The notes: generated by a model from the letters alone, not told the origin. Shown: positions 44,051-57,915, numbered from the stretch's first letter. The stretch: 64,000 nt of DNA from Octopus vulgaris (GCA_951406725.2 OX597835.1:49786001-49850000); one strand, 5' to 3'. A program made the numbers and translations.

Positions 44051-45274
44051 TTCGGAATGGTCATTTTGCCAGTTTAGCCAATAAAAACACACGCACTATA
44101 TATTTGTTGTTACTTTGCTTCAATGTTATTTATTTTTTACATTAATCGTAATCTTATTTCGGCCAGAGTTCTTTCGTCACACTCCTGCGACCGCATCAGT
44201 GGTCCTTTGTTTTCTTCTTTCTTATTTGTGTCTCTCCTTACTAACCGTCAGCCATTTTGTATTTCTATTGTATGTCTTCATTTGCGCATGCTTATATCTC
44301 TATGTGCGTCTATGTTTATTTAGTGTGTGTGTGTGATATTTGTGTGATATGCCTGTAATATTTGTATCTTCTGTTTATATACGTTCATGTAATTTGTTTT
44401 TGTTGTTGTTGTTTTTGTTTATTCTTATTTTGTTCATGTGTTCATATCCCTTTATTATTATTATTACATATTCTTGTATGTATGTATAACAACAATACTA
44501 GTAATGATAATAATAATAATAATAATAAATCTTTTAAATTAAACAAAAAAAAACTTATATACTTATTTATTTCTATTTGTTTATTTATCTTTTCTTTTCT
44601 TTTATATGTTTCAGTCCAATTACTGTGGCCATGCTGGGGCACCGCCATTTTATTATGTATTTTATTTATTATGTTTTCGGTTTTGTTTACAAAATAAACA
44701 AAACCGAAAACATAATAAATAAAATACACAGATAAATAAACAAATAGAAATAAATAACTATATAATTTTTTTTTGTTTAATTTAAAAGATTTTAAAAAAT
44801 TTATTATTATTATTACTAGTATTGTTGTTATACATACATACAAGCATATATAATGATAATAATAATAAGTGGATGTAAACACATGAACAAAATAAGAATA
44901 AACAAAAACAACAACAACAAAAACAAATTACATGAACGTATATAAACAGAAGATACAAATATTACAGGCATATCACACAAATATCACACACACACACTAA
45001 ATAAACATAGACGCACATAGAGATATAAGCATGCACAAATGAAGACATACAATAGAAATACAAAATGGCTGACGGTTAGTAAGGAGAGACACAAATAAGA
45101 AAGAAGAAAACAAAGGACCACTGATGCGGTCACAGGAGTGTGACGAAAGAACTCTGGCCGAAATAAGATTAAGATTAATGTAAAAAATAAATAACACTGA
45201 AGCAAAGTAACAACAAATATATAGTGCGTGTGTTTTTATTGGCTAAACTGGCAAAATGACCATTCCGAAATATA
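44046..45274. repeat. 1.2-kb near-perfect palindrome (foldback) with a 5-nt loop
   Basis: Outer arms 44046-44590 and 44730-45274. Inner stem 44656-44689 / 44695-44728 around CAAAA. The left arm is interrupted by a 65-bp retroposed tail (44591-44655). Confidence 0.93.
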
Positions 45275-45330
45275 ACAATATCTGTTTCAACACATGACTT
45301 TACATAATCTTGCACAACAAATATATAAAC

Positions 45331-45389
<59 letters not shown>

Positions 45390-45807
45390 CAGAGAGAGAG
45401 AGGTGGGGAGAGAAATATTTAAGATTCAGTTACATTAGGTACTTAAGTTGATGCACCAAGACAGACCAGTATTATCCGCGCAGCCTGAAGTAAGGTGAAT
45501 AAACAGCAAATAAGTAAGAAGGATGTCAAGGTATTGATGCAACATGGCCGTCTTGCAGTTGTTTCTCTTTACGCTTATTCCGCTACTTTAGTAGCAGCAT
45601 GGAATTCTTTCCTTCTTTAGTTCTGATGAAATATTTGCTAAAATTATAACTGAATACCCTGACTGTTGAAAGTTTGTATTTTGCAACTGAAGATGGTGCT
45701 GTATTTCAAATTGGTGTAATGCTTACATTGTTCGATTAAATGGAGCCACCTGAAACGACCGTATTAAATTAATACCTTGACATCCTTGTTACTTATTTGC
45801 TTTATAT

Positions 45808-46237
45808 ATATAATTGTTAAAGAGAACAGCTATATAACGTTAAGGCAAAGCAAACATATCAAATCATATACAGTATTATTATTGGAAAAAATTCAAAGTC
45901 TTACAGCTGTTTCTGGGATATCCCAGACTATGAAATGACGACATAGAGGACAGGAGTAAAGGAATAAGAAGATGAAGAAAGAGAAGTTGAACTGAATTTT
46001 TATGCTTCTTTTTTTCTTCTCTCTCTTTATCTCCTTATTCCTTTACCTCTATGTCATCATTTCATTAATCTACACCCTTCTCATTTTCCGTATTTGTCTC
46101 TGATGACGGAATATCCTATACTCTGGGATACCCTTGAAACAGTTGTAAGATTTTGAATTTTTTCCAGTAATAATAATGTATATGATTTGAGATATTTGCC
46201 TTGCCTTAACGTTTGTTGTCCTTTTTAACAATTACAT
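45808..46237. repeat. Foldback unit (about 200-bp diverged arms) containing a hammerhead-like motif
   Basis: AACGTTAAGGCAA..GGAAAAAATTCAAAGTCTTACAGCTGTTTC mirrors GAAACAGTTGTAAGATTTTGAATTTTTTCC..TTGCCTTAACGTT. Confidence 0.85.
46096..46151 (+). ncRNA. Minimal type I hammerhead-like motif
   Basis: GTCT-CTGATGA-..TATCC..GGATA..-GAAAC-AGTT-GTA-AGAT. The opposite arm has the palindromic ACAGCTGT stem III. Confidence 0.6.
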
Positions 46238-46424
46238 ATCCGGTATATAGGAAATCTGCAATGGCTCCATAACTACCGTCTCGGCTATAACCTTGGAGCC
46301 CCAGTAATCCGTTACAGAACTTACCAAACGTGCCTAATCATTTAGATCACCTGTGAACTAAACCCCCATATTTTGTGCGTTTGTGTGTGTGTGTGTGATA
46401 TTTTATTTCAGCCGAAAGCAAATT

Positions 46425-47253
46425 TCACAAATTCCAATCCCTCCGCTACCAGAAGTCACAACAATGATACTTTGGAACAAAAGGAGCGGAAATCCAAGAA
46501 TCACATATGATGCGTGATCTTGGGATTGATATGAGCAACGATGCCTCGTTTCACATGCATATCACCAAGATGGGGGCAGTGTGCAGGCCGAGTGGATCCT
46601 GAGAACCTCCAGAGCAAGGGACCAGGAAATTATGCTGATTCTACGGAGGACATTTGTCCTCAGCCGTCTGAACTACGGCTCTCAACTGTGGTCAGCTTAC
46701 AGTGCCGGATTAATAGCAGAACTTGAGGCGGTTCAGCGATGCTACACGAGGAAGATTGCATCAATGGAACAGCTGAGATATTAGGAGAGACTGAAAGAAT
46801 TACGACTCTACTCCCCGTAGCGAAGACGGGAGATGTATGCTGAGGTATATGTGGAAGATACTGGAGGGGCTGGCACCAAACTTTGGAATTGAGAGTTAAA
46901 CCAGACCTCGAATTGGACGTTACTGCACTGTTCCAAAATCCCCAGCTGTCTCATCTAAGGCAAGAACCATGTACTGCTATAGCTTGGGATTCAAGGGCCC
47001 GCAGCCAAAGCATCTGAGGGATCTCGACGGAGTGGAGGTAGATGTTTTCAAGAAGCAATTTGACCTTTTGCTATCCAAGATTCCAAATGAAGCAATATCC
47101 AGGCAGGAAACTCGAAAGACGGTACCAGTGTCGAATTCCCACCTTCGCCAAAAGCCAATCACATAGAATTGGCCAATTTAAAGGTGATTACACTGGCGGT
47201 GCCCCAACGTGGCCACATCCTCACGGCTGAAACATTTAAAAGAATAAAAGAAT
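46425..47253 (+). mobile_element. 3' end of a CR1/L2-group LINE (RT C-terminus plus 3' tail), decayed
   Basis: KFQSLRY, DLGIDMSND, WILRT, VLSRLNYGSQLWS, LEAVQRCYTRKI, ERLKELRLYS, FKKQFD. Ends GGCGGTGCCCCAACGTGGCCAC..GCTGAAAC and (TAAAAGAA)2. Confidence 0.85.
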
Positions 47254-47324
47254 ATATTTATATACACACACACACAAGTACACAAACACACATACACACA
47301 CACTCACACACATATATCCACACC

Positions 47325-47372
47325 GTCTCCGAGGAAGGGATATAATAAATATCCTAGAAACAGGTGTAAGAC
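47325..47372 (+). ncRNA. Minimal hammerhead-like motif (same family as 46096), U4C variant
   Basis: GTCT-CCGAGGA-A-GGGATAT-AATAA-ATATCCT-A-GAAAC-AGGT-GTA-AGAC. Confidence 0.55.
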
Positions 47373-47485
47373 CTTCTATTTATAAATGTTCTAAAATCTA
47401 CACTGCTTTGGGTTTTTTATCTCAATACGAAAATTTTTTTATATAGAAGTACATATATAAATATTCACATATACAAGTATATATG

Positions 47486-47523
<38 letters not shown>

Positions 47524-47592
47524 AGTACATATGTGTGTGTGAAGATAAACAGAGTGACTAACAGACAGACAGAGGAGAAACATTAAACCAGC

Positions 47593-47825
47593 GTCTGGTC
47601 TATTATTTTCTAATTTCTTGTCCATTTGAATAGTAAAGTCCCACAAGAATCTGACATTTTTCCATTCTCCACCACTCTTTCAACTTGATGATTGTACCAT
47701 GTGTTTCTCGCTTCAAATCCCCATTTCTGGCACAGTTTCCAGTGTAAAACTTTTACAGCCTGGTTGTGCCTCCATTTCTTATATTCTTCCCGTGTCAACT
47801 AGGGACATTCTTCCGCAATGTGTGC
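47593..47825 (-). mobile_element. R4-type RLE fragment
   Basis: EYKKWRHNQAVKVLHWKLCQKWG..WYNH and WDFTIQMDKKLENNRPD. Confidence 0.8.
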
Positions 47826-47863
47826 TACTTTCTCGTTCCATTATTATTATTATTATTATTATA

Positions 47864-48046
47864 GACTCGTTAGCACGTAAAGCAAAATGCTTAGCGGCAT
47901 TAAGTCTGTCTTTACGTTCTAAGTTCAAATTCCTCCGAGATCTAGTTTGCCTTCATCCTTTCAGGGTCGATAAACTAAATACCAACTGAACGTACCCGAC
48001 TTGGTCTCTCCCCGAAAACTGCTGGCCTTATGCCAAAATTTGAAAC

Positions 48047-48047
<1 letters not shown>
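47864..48047 (+). mobile_element. SINE family A followed by a long (ATT)n tail
   Basis: AAATGCTTAGCGGCATT..GCCTTCATCCTTTCAGGGTCGATAAA..AAAATTTGAAACC. Confidence 0.8.
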
Positions 48048-48098
<51 letters not shown>

Positions 48099-48109
48099 AA
48101 TATTATTAA

Positions 48110-48166
<57 letters not shown>

Positions 48167-48271
48167 CATCATCATTATATTGTTCTTATTATTATTATTA
48201 TTATATTTTTATTATTATTATTAGTATAATTATCATTATTGTTATTATTATTATTATCATTATTATTATTA

Positions 48272-48319
<48 letters not shown>

Positions 48320-48392
48320 TGTTGTTGTTATTATTATTATTATTATATTGTTATTATTATTATTGGTATAATTATTATTATTATTGTTATTA

Positions 48393-48457
<65 letters not shown>

Positions 48458-48592
48458 ATTATTATTACTACTTCAGTTGTTTTTTATTTGTTTTCCTTGT
48501 TTTTGTTTGTTGTTACCAAATGTTTAAAGAAGCATAATAAAATTCGGGCAAAAAATTATATATATATATATATATACACATACATACATACT

Positions 48593-48643
<51 letters not shown>

Positions 48644-48989
48644 AAATAAAACTATGATTCTCTCGTCACAACCATTTATGAATGTCTTCCATTGTTATTC
48701 TCTCTTGCTTTTTCTTTTTGAAGTAGAAGCATTTAAAAAACTAAAAATCTTTTTTTAAGATTTAAGAGGCTATTCGGCAACAATTATCTGCCCCTGCACA
48801 CCATCGGCACAACGACACAACAGTATCGATATTATAACTTAATTGCGTTGAGTTCAAACTGCTCTTTCTCTGTCATGTCAACATGAAAATAAAATTTTAT
48901 TCCATAAATTAATTTACGATGGATTGTCTCCATATTCTACAAAAAAAAAAAAACTAATGGAATGTTTAATACACATACACAACACATAT

Positions 48990-49053
<64 letters not shown>

Positions 49054-49439
49054 ATCTTTGAATGAGATTTTCATTTTCATTTTAATTCTTTTTAGATTTT
49101 AATTAATTTTTTTGAATCTTCATTAAAATGGAGGAGAAACTTGTCGGCCATCTTCGCAAATCTTGACGTTCATCTTGACAACCTTGAAGTTTTTGTAGAC
49201 TTTGTTAACTTCTTGTTCGCGTAGTTTTTGTTCTCATTGCAGTTGTTATTGCTATTGTTGTTGTTGTTGTCGTCGTCATCGTCCTTGTCGTATTTGCTAC
49301 GACCAAATTTGACAGAGACCATTTCAGGAGACGTTTTTTTTTTTTGAAAGAGTGATATTTTGAATGCAGCCTATTATCACAGGAAAAACCCTTAGTATCA
49401 ATATTATTATTATTATTATTATTATCATTATTATTATTA

Positions 49440-49531
<92 letters not shown>

Positions 49532-49573
49532 TATTATTATTATTATTATTATTATTTATTATTATTATTATTA

Positions 49574-49636
<63 letters not shown>

Positions 49637-49637
<1 letters not shown>

Positions 49638-50274
49638 AACTGCGAGCTGGCAGAATTGTTAGCACGCTGGGCAAAATGCTTAGCGGCATTTCATCTGTCT
49701 GCACGTTCTTGTTTCAAATTCCGCCGAGGTCGACTTTGCCTTTCATCCTTTCGGGATCGATAAATTAAGTACCAGTGGAGTACTTAATTTAACCCCACCC
49801 GCTAAATTTCAGGCCTTGTGTTTATGGAGGAAAGTATTATTAAGGCGGCGAGCTGGTGGAATCGTTGCCGTGCCAGGCAAAACGCTTAACAGCATTTCGT
49901 CCTTTACTTTCTGAGCTTGAATTCCTCCGAGGCTGACGTTGCTTTTCATCCTTTTGGTGGTCGATGAAATAAGTACCAGTTGAGCAGTGGGGTCGATGTA
50001 ATGCACTTACCCCTCTCCTGGACATGCTGGCCTTGTGTAAAAATTTGAAACCATTACTGAAGGCGGCGAGCTGGCAGAATCGTTAGCAAACCGGGCAAAA
50101 TTTTTAACACCATTTCGTCCGTCTTTAACGTTCTGAGTTCAAATTATGCCGAGGTCGACTTTACCTTTAATCATTTCGGGGCGATACATTAAGTACCAGT
50201 AAAACACTGGTGTCGATGTAATCGACTGGTCCCCAAATCCCAAAATTGTAGGCCTTGTGCCTTTAGTAAAAAAG

Positions 50275-50278
<4 letters not shown>
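49637..50278 (+). mobile_element. Three head-to-tail family A SINEs (49637-49835, 49842-50055, 50060-50278)
   Basis: Three GCGAGCTGG..GAAT(C/T)GTT heads and three cores, flanked by (TTA)n. Confidence 0.9.
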
Positions 50279-50310
<32 letters not shown>

Positions 50311-50394
50311 GAGTGAGAGAGCAGTTCGTGCCATCAAAGTGACACTGGGGTAAAATATACGAAGCCCAATATACCCATCATGACTACTTACATG

Positions 50395-50593
<199 letters not shown>

Positions 50594-51032
50594 CGTATAT
50601 CTGTAATTCCTCTTTCTGATGAAGAACTAACGCCCGAAAAGTTGAGTCACTTCCTTTTTCCATTAAAGCGTTTAGTTAATACGTATATGTTAACTCATGT
50701 TCCATCTGCGTTGTTATTTTTTATTGTATTTACACTATACATATGTATGTATGTATGTATGTATATATACATGTGTGTGTAAGCGCTTTCGTTCATGTAT
50801 GTAAGTGAGTGTGTATGTATGCATATTACTTGTTGCACTCCTAGGTCTGCGATCACGCAGTGTCACTGCCTTCAGCGGTTTAGTCGATCAAATCGCCCAT
50901 TCCGTATTTTTTTAAAGTCTATTCTATCAATCTCTTTTTGCCGAATCGTAATTTACGGGAACATAAGCAAACTGGCATCGGTTGACATATGGTAGTGTAG
51001 AACGCACACAAACACACACACACGCATCTATA

Positions 51033-51245
51033 TTTTATTTGTTTAAGTCTTTAGACTGCGTCCATGCTGGAGCATCGCGATGAAGAATTTCAATCGAATG
51101 AATCGATCCCTAGTATTTATTACTTTTTAAAGCCGAGTTCTTATTTTATCGTAACTTTGACAGAACCGTTAAGTCACAAAGATGTAAACACACTAACACC
51201 AGTTGTCATGCGGTGGGTGGGGGCAAACAAAGGCACAAAGACACA
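51033..51245 (-). mobile_element. SINE family B 3' half (another degraded copy at about 50845-51000)
   Basis: AGACTGCGTCCATGCTGGAGCA..ACCAGTTGTCATGCGGTGG. Confidence 0.7.
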
Positions 51246-51274
51246 CACACACACATACATATATATCTGTGTGC

Positions 51275-51332
<58 letters not shown>

Positions 51333-51409
51333 ATATACATGCATGTATTTATATATATATATATAAACATATGCGTGTGTGTCTGTGTGTGTGTGTATGT
51401 GAGTGAGCG

Positions 51410-51442
<33 letters not shown>

Positions 51443-51552
51443 ATATACATACTTTATTAATAAAGCTGCAAAGACATCACAATATGCAGCATATTGTTCT
51501 AACTCCGGTATTTTTTCCACCTTGTTTCACATTTATGTGCTTACTCTGGTAT

Positions 51553-51587
<35 letters not shown>

Positions 51588-52023
51588 AACAAACAAACAA
51601 ACAAACAAACAAACAAACAAACACAAACAAACACACACACACACACACAAGTCGGGGCACTTGGCGTAGTGATTAGGGTGTTGAACTCATGATCGTAAGA
51701 CTGTGGTTTCGATTCCTGGACCGAGCGATGCATTGTTTTTGAGCAAAACACTTCATTTCATATTGCTTCCATACACTCGTACCTGTCTTGTAATGACGTC
51801 GTCATTTCTTTGTCAATCAAACTTTTCCAAAATTGGCCAGGAACCACGAAATCATCACAGAATTATGATTCTGGTGTCCAGCTGGGATAAATCAAGGAAG
51901 ATTCAAGAAAAGAGACAGCCACGTTCAAAGACTGATAGCTGTGATGAAGTGATAACAGAATAGGAGTGTTAGCGGAGATGGAAAAATGGTGTCAGCTTAT
52001 GTCGAAACTGCTTTTCTTATTCA

Positions 52024-52097
<74 letters not shown>

Positions 52098-52409
52098 GCA
52101 TTACATACACTACACACATACACTACACACATACACAACACACATACACACACACATACATACACACAGTATATATTAATGTCCAGACAGTATATATTGG
52201 AATGCCGGAGATTTTAACATTTTTCATTGAGAACACATTCATAGAAAGTATGGATGTGGTTTCAAATAGAAAATCAATCATTTGTTAAATAGTTTCACGT
52301 GTAAATATGTAAATATTTAGATAACATGCTCTATAAACTGGCTTGTTAATATTCATACTGTTTGCTCGATCGATCTCTCCATCTATTTGTCCATCTCTCA
52401 ATCAATTAA

Positions 52410-52662
52410 TCATGGTATCGACCAGACTGTCGAATGTTGTTATACATCACTGGTCACAATGCGCTTCGCGTTATTTTAGTTTTCGATTGATAACACCTCA
52501 CTGGCTAGACGGGCAGGTAACATTTGCCCTGAACAGGAAACCAGGCTGTTGCGGGGTTACCTCAATCACAGACGAGTTGGACTGGAAGAACATGAATTGA
52601 AGTGTTGCACAAGAAAAAAACGACACGCAGCCAGTCTGGGATTCGAAACAACGATCGTAAGC
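52410..52662 (-). mobile_element. Diverged family C-like SINE (another head at 51653-51780, +)
   Basis: Reverse complement GCTTACGATCG..TTCGAATCCCAGACTGGCTGCGTG resembles the 15571 head. A related tail lies at 21733-21830. Confidence 0.55.
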
Positions 52663-52753
52663 ACATATATATATGTATGTATGTATGTATATATATATAC
52701 ATACATGTGTGTGTGTTAAGGCACGTAGCCTAGTGGTCAGATTGTTGTGCTCA

Positions 52754-52820
<67 letters not shown>

Positions 52821-53076
52821 CATTACAGATATAGGGTGAAAGATTATTGATTTAATAAAATCAACGAATTTCACCTAGTAGTTTTTCGGTATGGAAAAGG
52901 ACCATGTTCGGTAAAAACTTATACAAAAAGTTTTTTTTATATATATAATTATAACAATAAGGGTTTAGCAACAAGTTGCTTGACCACAAAACGAAAATTT
53001 TAGAAATAGCAGCCAATAGTCCACTATTTCCTTTTTCTACAAAAATATGTCTCCACAGACAACAATATTTGTAACT

Positions 53077-53541
<465 letters not shown>

Positions 53542-54169
53542 GCAAAATGGGACAAGAACGCAAAACACCAAATAGACGATACAAAAAACACGGACGGGTC
53601 ATTCGAAGCCTTTAATCTTCAGAACCGGATCATCGTCGCAATTTCGGCTGATTAAACTTGAGATTGCTCCAATCCGGCCAGCCCCAAGGAAAAACCAAGC
53701 AAAGAGCACCAAGAGCATATTCAGAGTGGACCCAATCAATTGTTGGACAGTCTTGCCACACACTTTTCCATAAACACACCTGAAAGCAACACTTACTTTT
53801 CTATCTTCACCTTGCACTTCAAATGATATTTGAAGGAATTTGGTGTGAGTTTGGCCACGTAGAAGAAGTGCTTCTCTGGCAGCTTTTCGTTCACCAACCT
53901 CTTTCGCTACCGTCACTAATCAGAGAAAGATTTGCCTCCCTACTGCTCGTTGATCTTTATTTTTATAGAGTCAAATGACAGCCGGATTCGTCGAAGACAT
54001 GACTGCATTTGTTCAACACAAGTCTACAAGTCGCTGATGCACGGATACTGAACGGTCGCAAGACGATTTCGTCACCACAGCATGCTTTGTGTGAACAGGT
54101 TCAGCTGTTGGCATTTCAATGCCTGTAGAGATTGTCTGGAATAGATAATGATCACTTGTTACACTGCCA

Positions 54170-54570
54170 TGCCAAGGAGATTTGGCAATTTTCCATAGAC
54201 ATTTAAGCCATTTAAGACCAGATACTGTGGTAAAAATAAATCTCTCTGAAAAATGTTTGCTCATAGGAATGTCAACCGTAGCATACATCAACATTTGTGT
54301 AAAAACAGTTGAAAAGTTAAGTATATGCAAAGACTGATAGAGAAATACAGAAAATGTGGTATCTAAGAACAATTGTGCCTGTGATCATCGGAGGCACTGA
54401 GGATGATAGCAAATGGTCATCTTAAACAAGTTCGTATAAACAAGTACATATATAAAAATGCATGAGTGCGTGCGCGCGTGTGTGTGTGATGAAATACCAG
54501 GACACCCAAAAGTATCAAAACTACAAAAATAATTCTTCTCATGGCTACTGAGAAAAACTTTGTCAGCCTG
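54170..54570 (+). mobile_element. Old R4-type RLE/C-terminal remnant
   Basis: RPDTVVK..CLLIGMS..EKLS..KD, KMWYLRTIVPVIIG, EIPGHP..LQK. Confidence 0.65.
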
Positions 54571-54766
54571 AAAATACCTGATTCTCTAGAAAAACTCTCA
54601 AAATGAAATTACTACAAATTTAACAGAATCTTAATCTTCCGGTTCTGGTCTCCTTTGCATGCAACGTGTGTAATTACTGATCATAAATAGAAGCCGGAGT
54701 AAAACGTCCAGCTTGTTACCACTCGAGGTCTCCGGCTGTGACACGGAACAGCTCCAATGAAGCGTA

Positions 54767-54854
<88 letters not shown>

Positions 54855-54901
54855 TTATTATTATTATTATTATTATTATTGTTGTTGTTGTTGTTGTTGT
54901 T

Positions 54902-55061
54902 GTTTGAAATTGTGGCACAAGGCTAGCAAGTTCCGGTGATCGGGTAAGTCGATTATATGGACTCCAGTATTCAACTGGTAATTGTTTTATTGACGACAGG
55001 ATGAAAGGCAAAGTCAACCTCAGCGAAATTTGAACTCAGAACATGAAGACTGATGAAATGC
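54902..55061 (-). mobile_element. SINE family A, partial
   Basis: GGATGAAAGGCAAAGTCAACCTCAGCGAAATTTGAACTCAGAAC is the reverse complement of the core. Confidence 0.75.
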
Positions 55062-55282
55062 AGTGATGATGGATGGGTGGAGTGAGAAGGGGGACGAGGA
55101 GGACGGGAAGGACGAAGAAGAGGAAGGAGAATTGGAGAGGAGGAGGAGGAGGAGGAGGAGGAGGTAGATTTCTATATTAGATAGAAGCGGTGCGAGAAGA
55201 GTCATTAAAATAGAATGAAGAGGGAAACTTGAGGAGTGGGACACACGAGTTATATCAGGAACACCATCGCCACCCCCTTTCG

Positions 55283-55854
55283 ACATCATCATCATCATCA
55301 TCACCACCATCGTCATCATCATCATCGTCATCATCGTCATCATCGTCATCATCGTCGTCATCATCGTCGTCATCATCGTCATCATCATCATCATCGTCGT
55401 CATCATCGTCATCATTATCATCATCGTCATCGTCATCATCATCGTCGTCATCATCATCATCATCATCATCATCATCGTCATCATCATCGTCGTCATCATC
55501 GTCATCATCATCATCGTCGTCATCATCGTCATCATTATCATCATCATCATCGTCATCATCATCATCGTCATCATCGTCATCATCGTCGTCATCATCATCA
55601 TCATCATCATCATCATCGTCATCATCGTCGCATCATCGTCGTCATCACCACCATCGTCATCATCATCATCGTCATCATCGTCATCATCATCGTCGTCATC
55701 ATCATCATCATCATCATCACCACCATCGTCATCATCATCATCGTCATCATCGTCATTATCATCATCGTCATCATCATCATCATCATCATCATCATCGTCA
55801 TCGTTATCATCATCGTCGTCATCATCATCATCATCATCATCGTCATCGTCATCG

Positions 55855-55886
<32 letters not shown>

Positions 55887-55905
55887 GTCATCGTTATCAT
55901 CATCG

Positions 55906-55937
<32 letters not shown>

Positions 55938-56002
55938 GTCATCGTTATCATCATCGTCATCGTCGCCATCGTCATCATCATCATCATCATCATCGTCATC
56001 AT
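55283..56002. repeat. (CAT/CGT)n compound microsatellite
   Basis: About 720 bp, directly visible. Confidence 0.95.
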
Positions 56003-57092
56003 CTTAGGTATTGGCAAAAGCATTTTTTTTACAATCACATCATGTATTGGTTCGGAATTTAAAAATTGGAGTTGGTTTATTTTTTTCTTAATTTTAGGTC
56101 AAATGTACAAATATAAATATATTTGTGTGTACATGCGCGTGTGTGTCCGTGTGTACATGCGTGTGTGTGTGTGTGTGTGTGTAATGCAATGTGGGAACAG
56201 CCTCTTCTCTTCGCAGACGATCGTATCAGTAAGACAGAACATCTTTTTTCAACTAATCTCTAAGATGGGAGAGTTGAGTTTTTTTTTTACCCCTTTTACT
56301 ATTGTTTTAAGGTTTTGAAATTGGTGGTTATTGCGGCAACGGCGGTGCTGGTGGTAGAGGTGGTGGTGGTGGTGGTGGTGGTGGTGGTGGTGGTGGTGGT
56401 GGTGGAGGTGGAGGTGGTGGAGGTGGAGGCCAATATTTGTGTCAAGGTTTTAACACAAGACAAGATTGTGTATGCATAGATTCACACTTACATTATACAC
56501 ATAGAAAGATTACATATGCACACAGATGCACATATACATGCGCTTGTAATAATGTATATATGTATATATCTATGTATGTACATGTGTATATACACACGCA
56601 CACACACATACAGACAAACATACAAACAAACATATACGCGTATGTGTGTGTAAATAGACGGACGGACGGACAGGTAGACAGATAGACAGATAGACAGATA
56701 GATAGATACATCTAATTCGTGTATTGTATCTAATTCGACGTTAGATATTCCTATTGCTGTGAACAAATTTATACCATTGATACATGTGTGTATATATATA
56801 TATATATAACTATATTCATAAATACACATATGTATGTATATAAATATATATATATATGTATATATATATGCATATATATGTGTGCACATATATATATATG
56901 TATGTATACACACACACACACACGCACAATCACTCATACACATATTTGCATAATACTTAGATACATACATAGATGCACGCATACATACATATGTTTCGAA
57001 TGGGTATTTTGGGACATGCTCTATAGAACAACCAATGAGATGACTGCATGTGAAGTGTAACAAGCCTGACCTGCTTTATACGTGTGCAAACA

Positions 57093-57187
<95 letters not shown>

Positions 57188-57246
57188 TATATATACATAC
57201 ATACATACATATATATATATATACATATATGTATGTATATATATAT

Positions 57247-57298
<52 letters not shown>

Positions 57299-57803
57299 TC
57301 AACGAATTTCTACACAATTCGATGGTGGTTACCAAAGCGAACGTTTCTATGTACAAGTCCATGCATGTAGCGTAGCTCATCTATTACTAATACACTTCAT
57401 GCTATCGGCCGTCTAATATAAGGGGTTATAAAAGAGGGAGAAATGATCGGTGAAAACAGAGCGGGAATGTCGCCATTTTGTTGCCGAGTGACTCCCGTCT
57501 TTTACAATACCATAGAACGTTGCGATTGTTTCTCGAAGCCACTTCATATTCTCAGCATGGTGCGTAAGTGAAGTGTATTGATAAGAGGGGAGAAAGGAGA
57601 GGTGTGTGACGGGGGTGCGGTGAGGAAAGATAGCGAAAGAGAGAAAACTGGGGTGCGATATATATTTAGGGGGTGGCTTGTTGCTTTTCAGGATTCTTTA
57701 TTGTTATTATTGTTGTTGTTGTTGTTGTTGTCATCGTCGCCATCGTTTTGTTTTTGTTGTTGCTGCTGTTGTTTTGTATTGTTGTTGTTCCTGGTGCTGT
57801 CGT

Positions 57804-57845
<42 letters not shown>

Positions 57846-57851
57846 TGCTGC

Positions 57852-57915
<64 letters not shown>

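Noticed and set aside
49637-50278. CRISPR-like or regularly spaced repeat array
   Set aside because: The units are roughly 200-bp diverged SINEs. There is no repeat-spacer structure and no cas gene, and the context is eukaryotic.
57517-57570. Possible micro-exon between CCATAG and GTAAGT
   Set aside because: Weak pyrimidine tract and no recognisable peptide. Such signals occur by chance.
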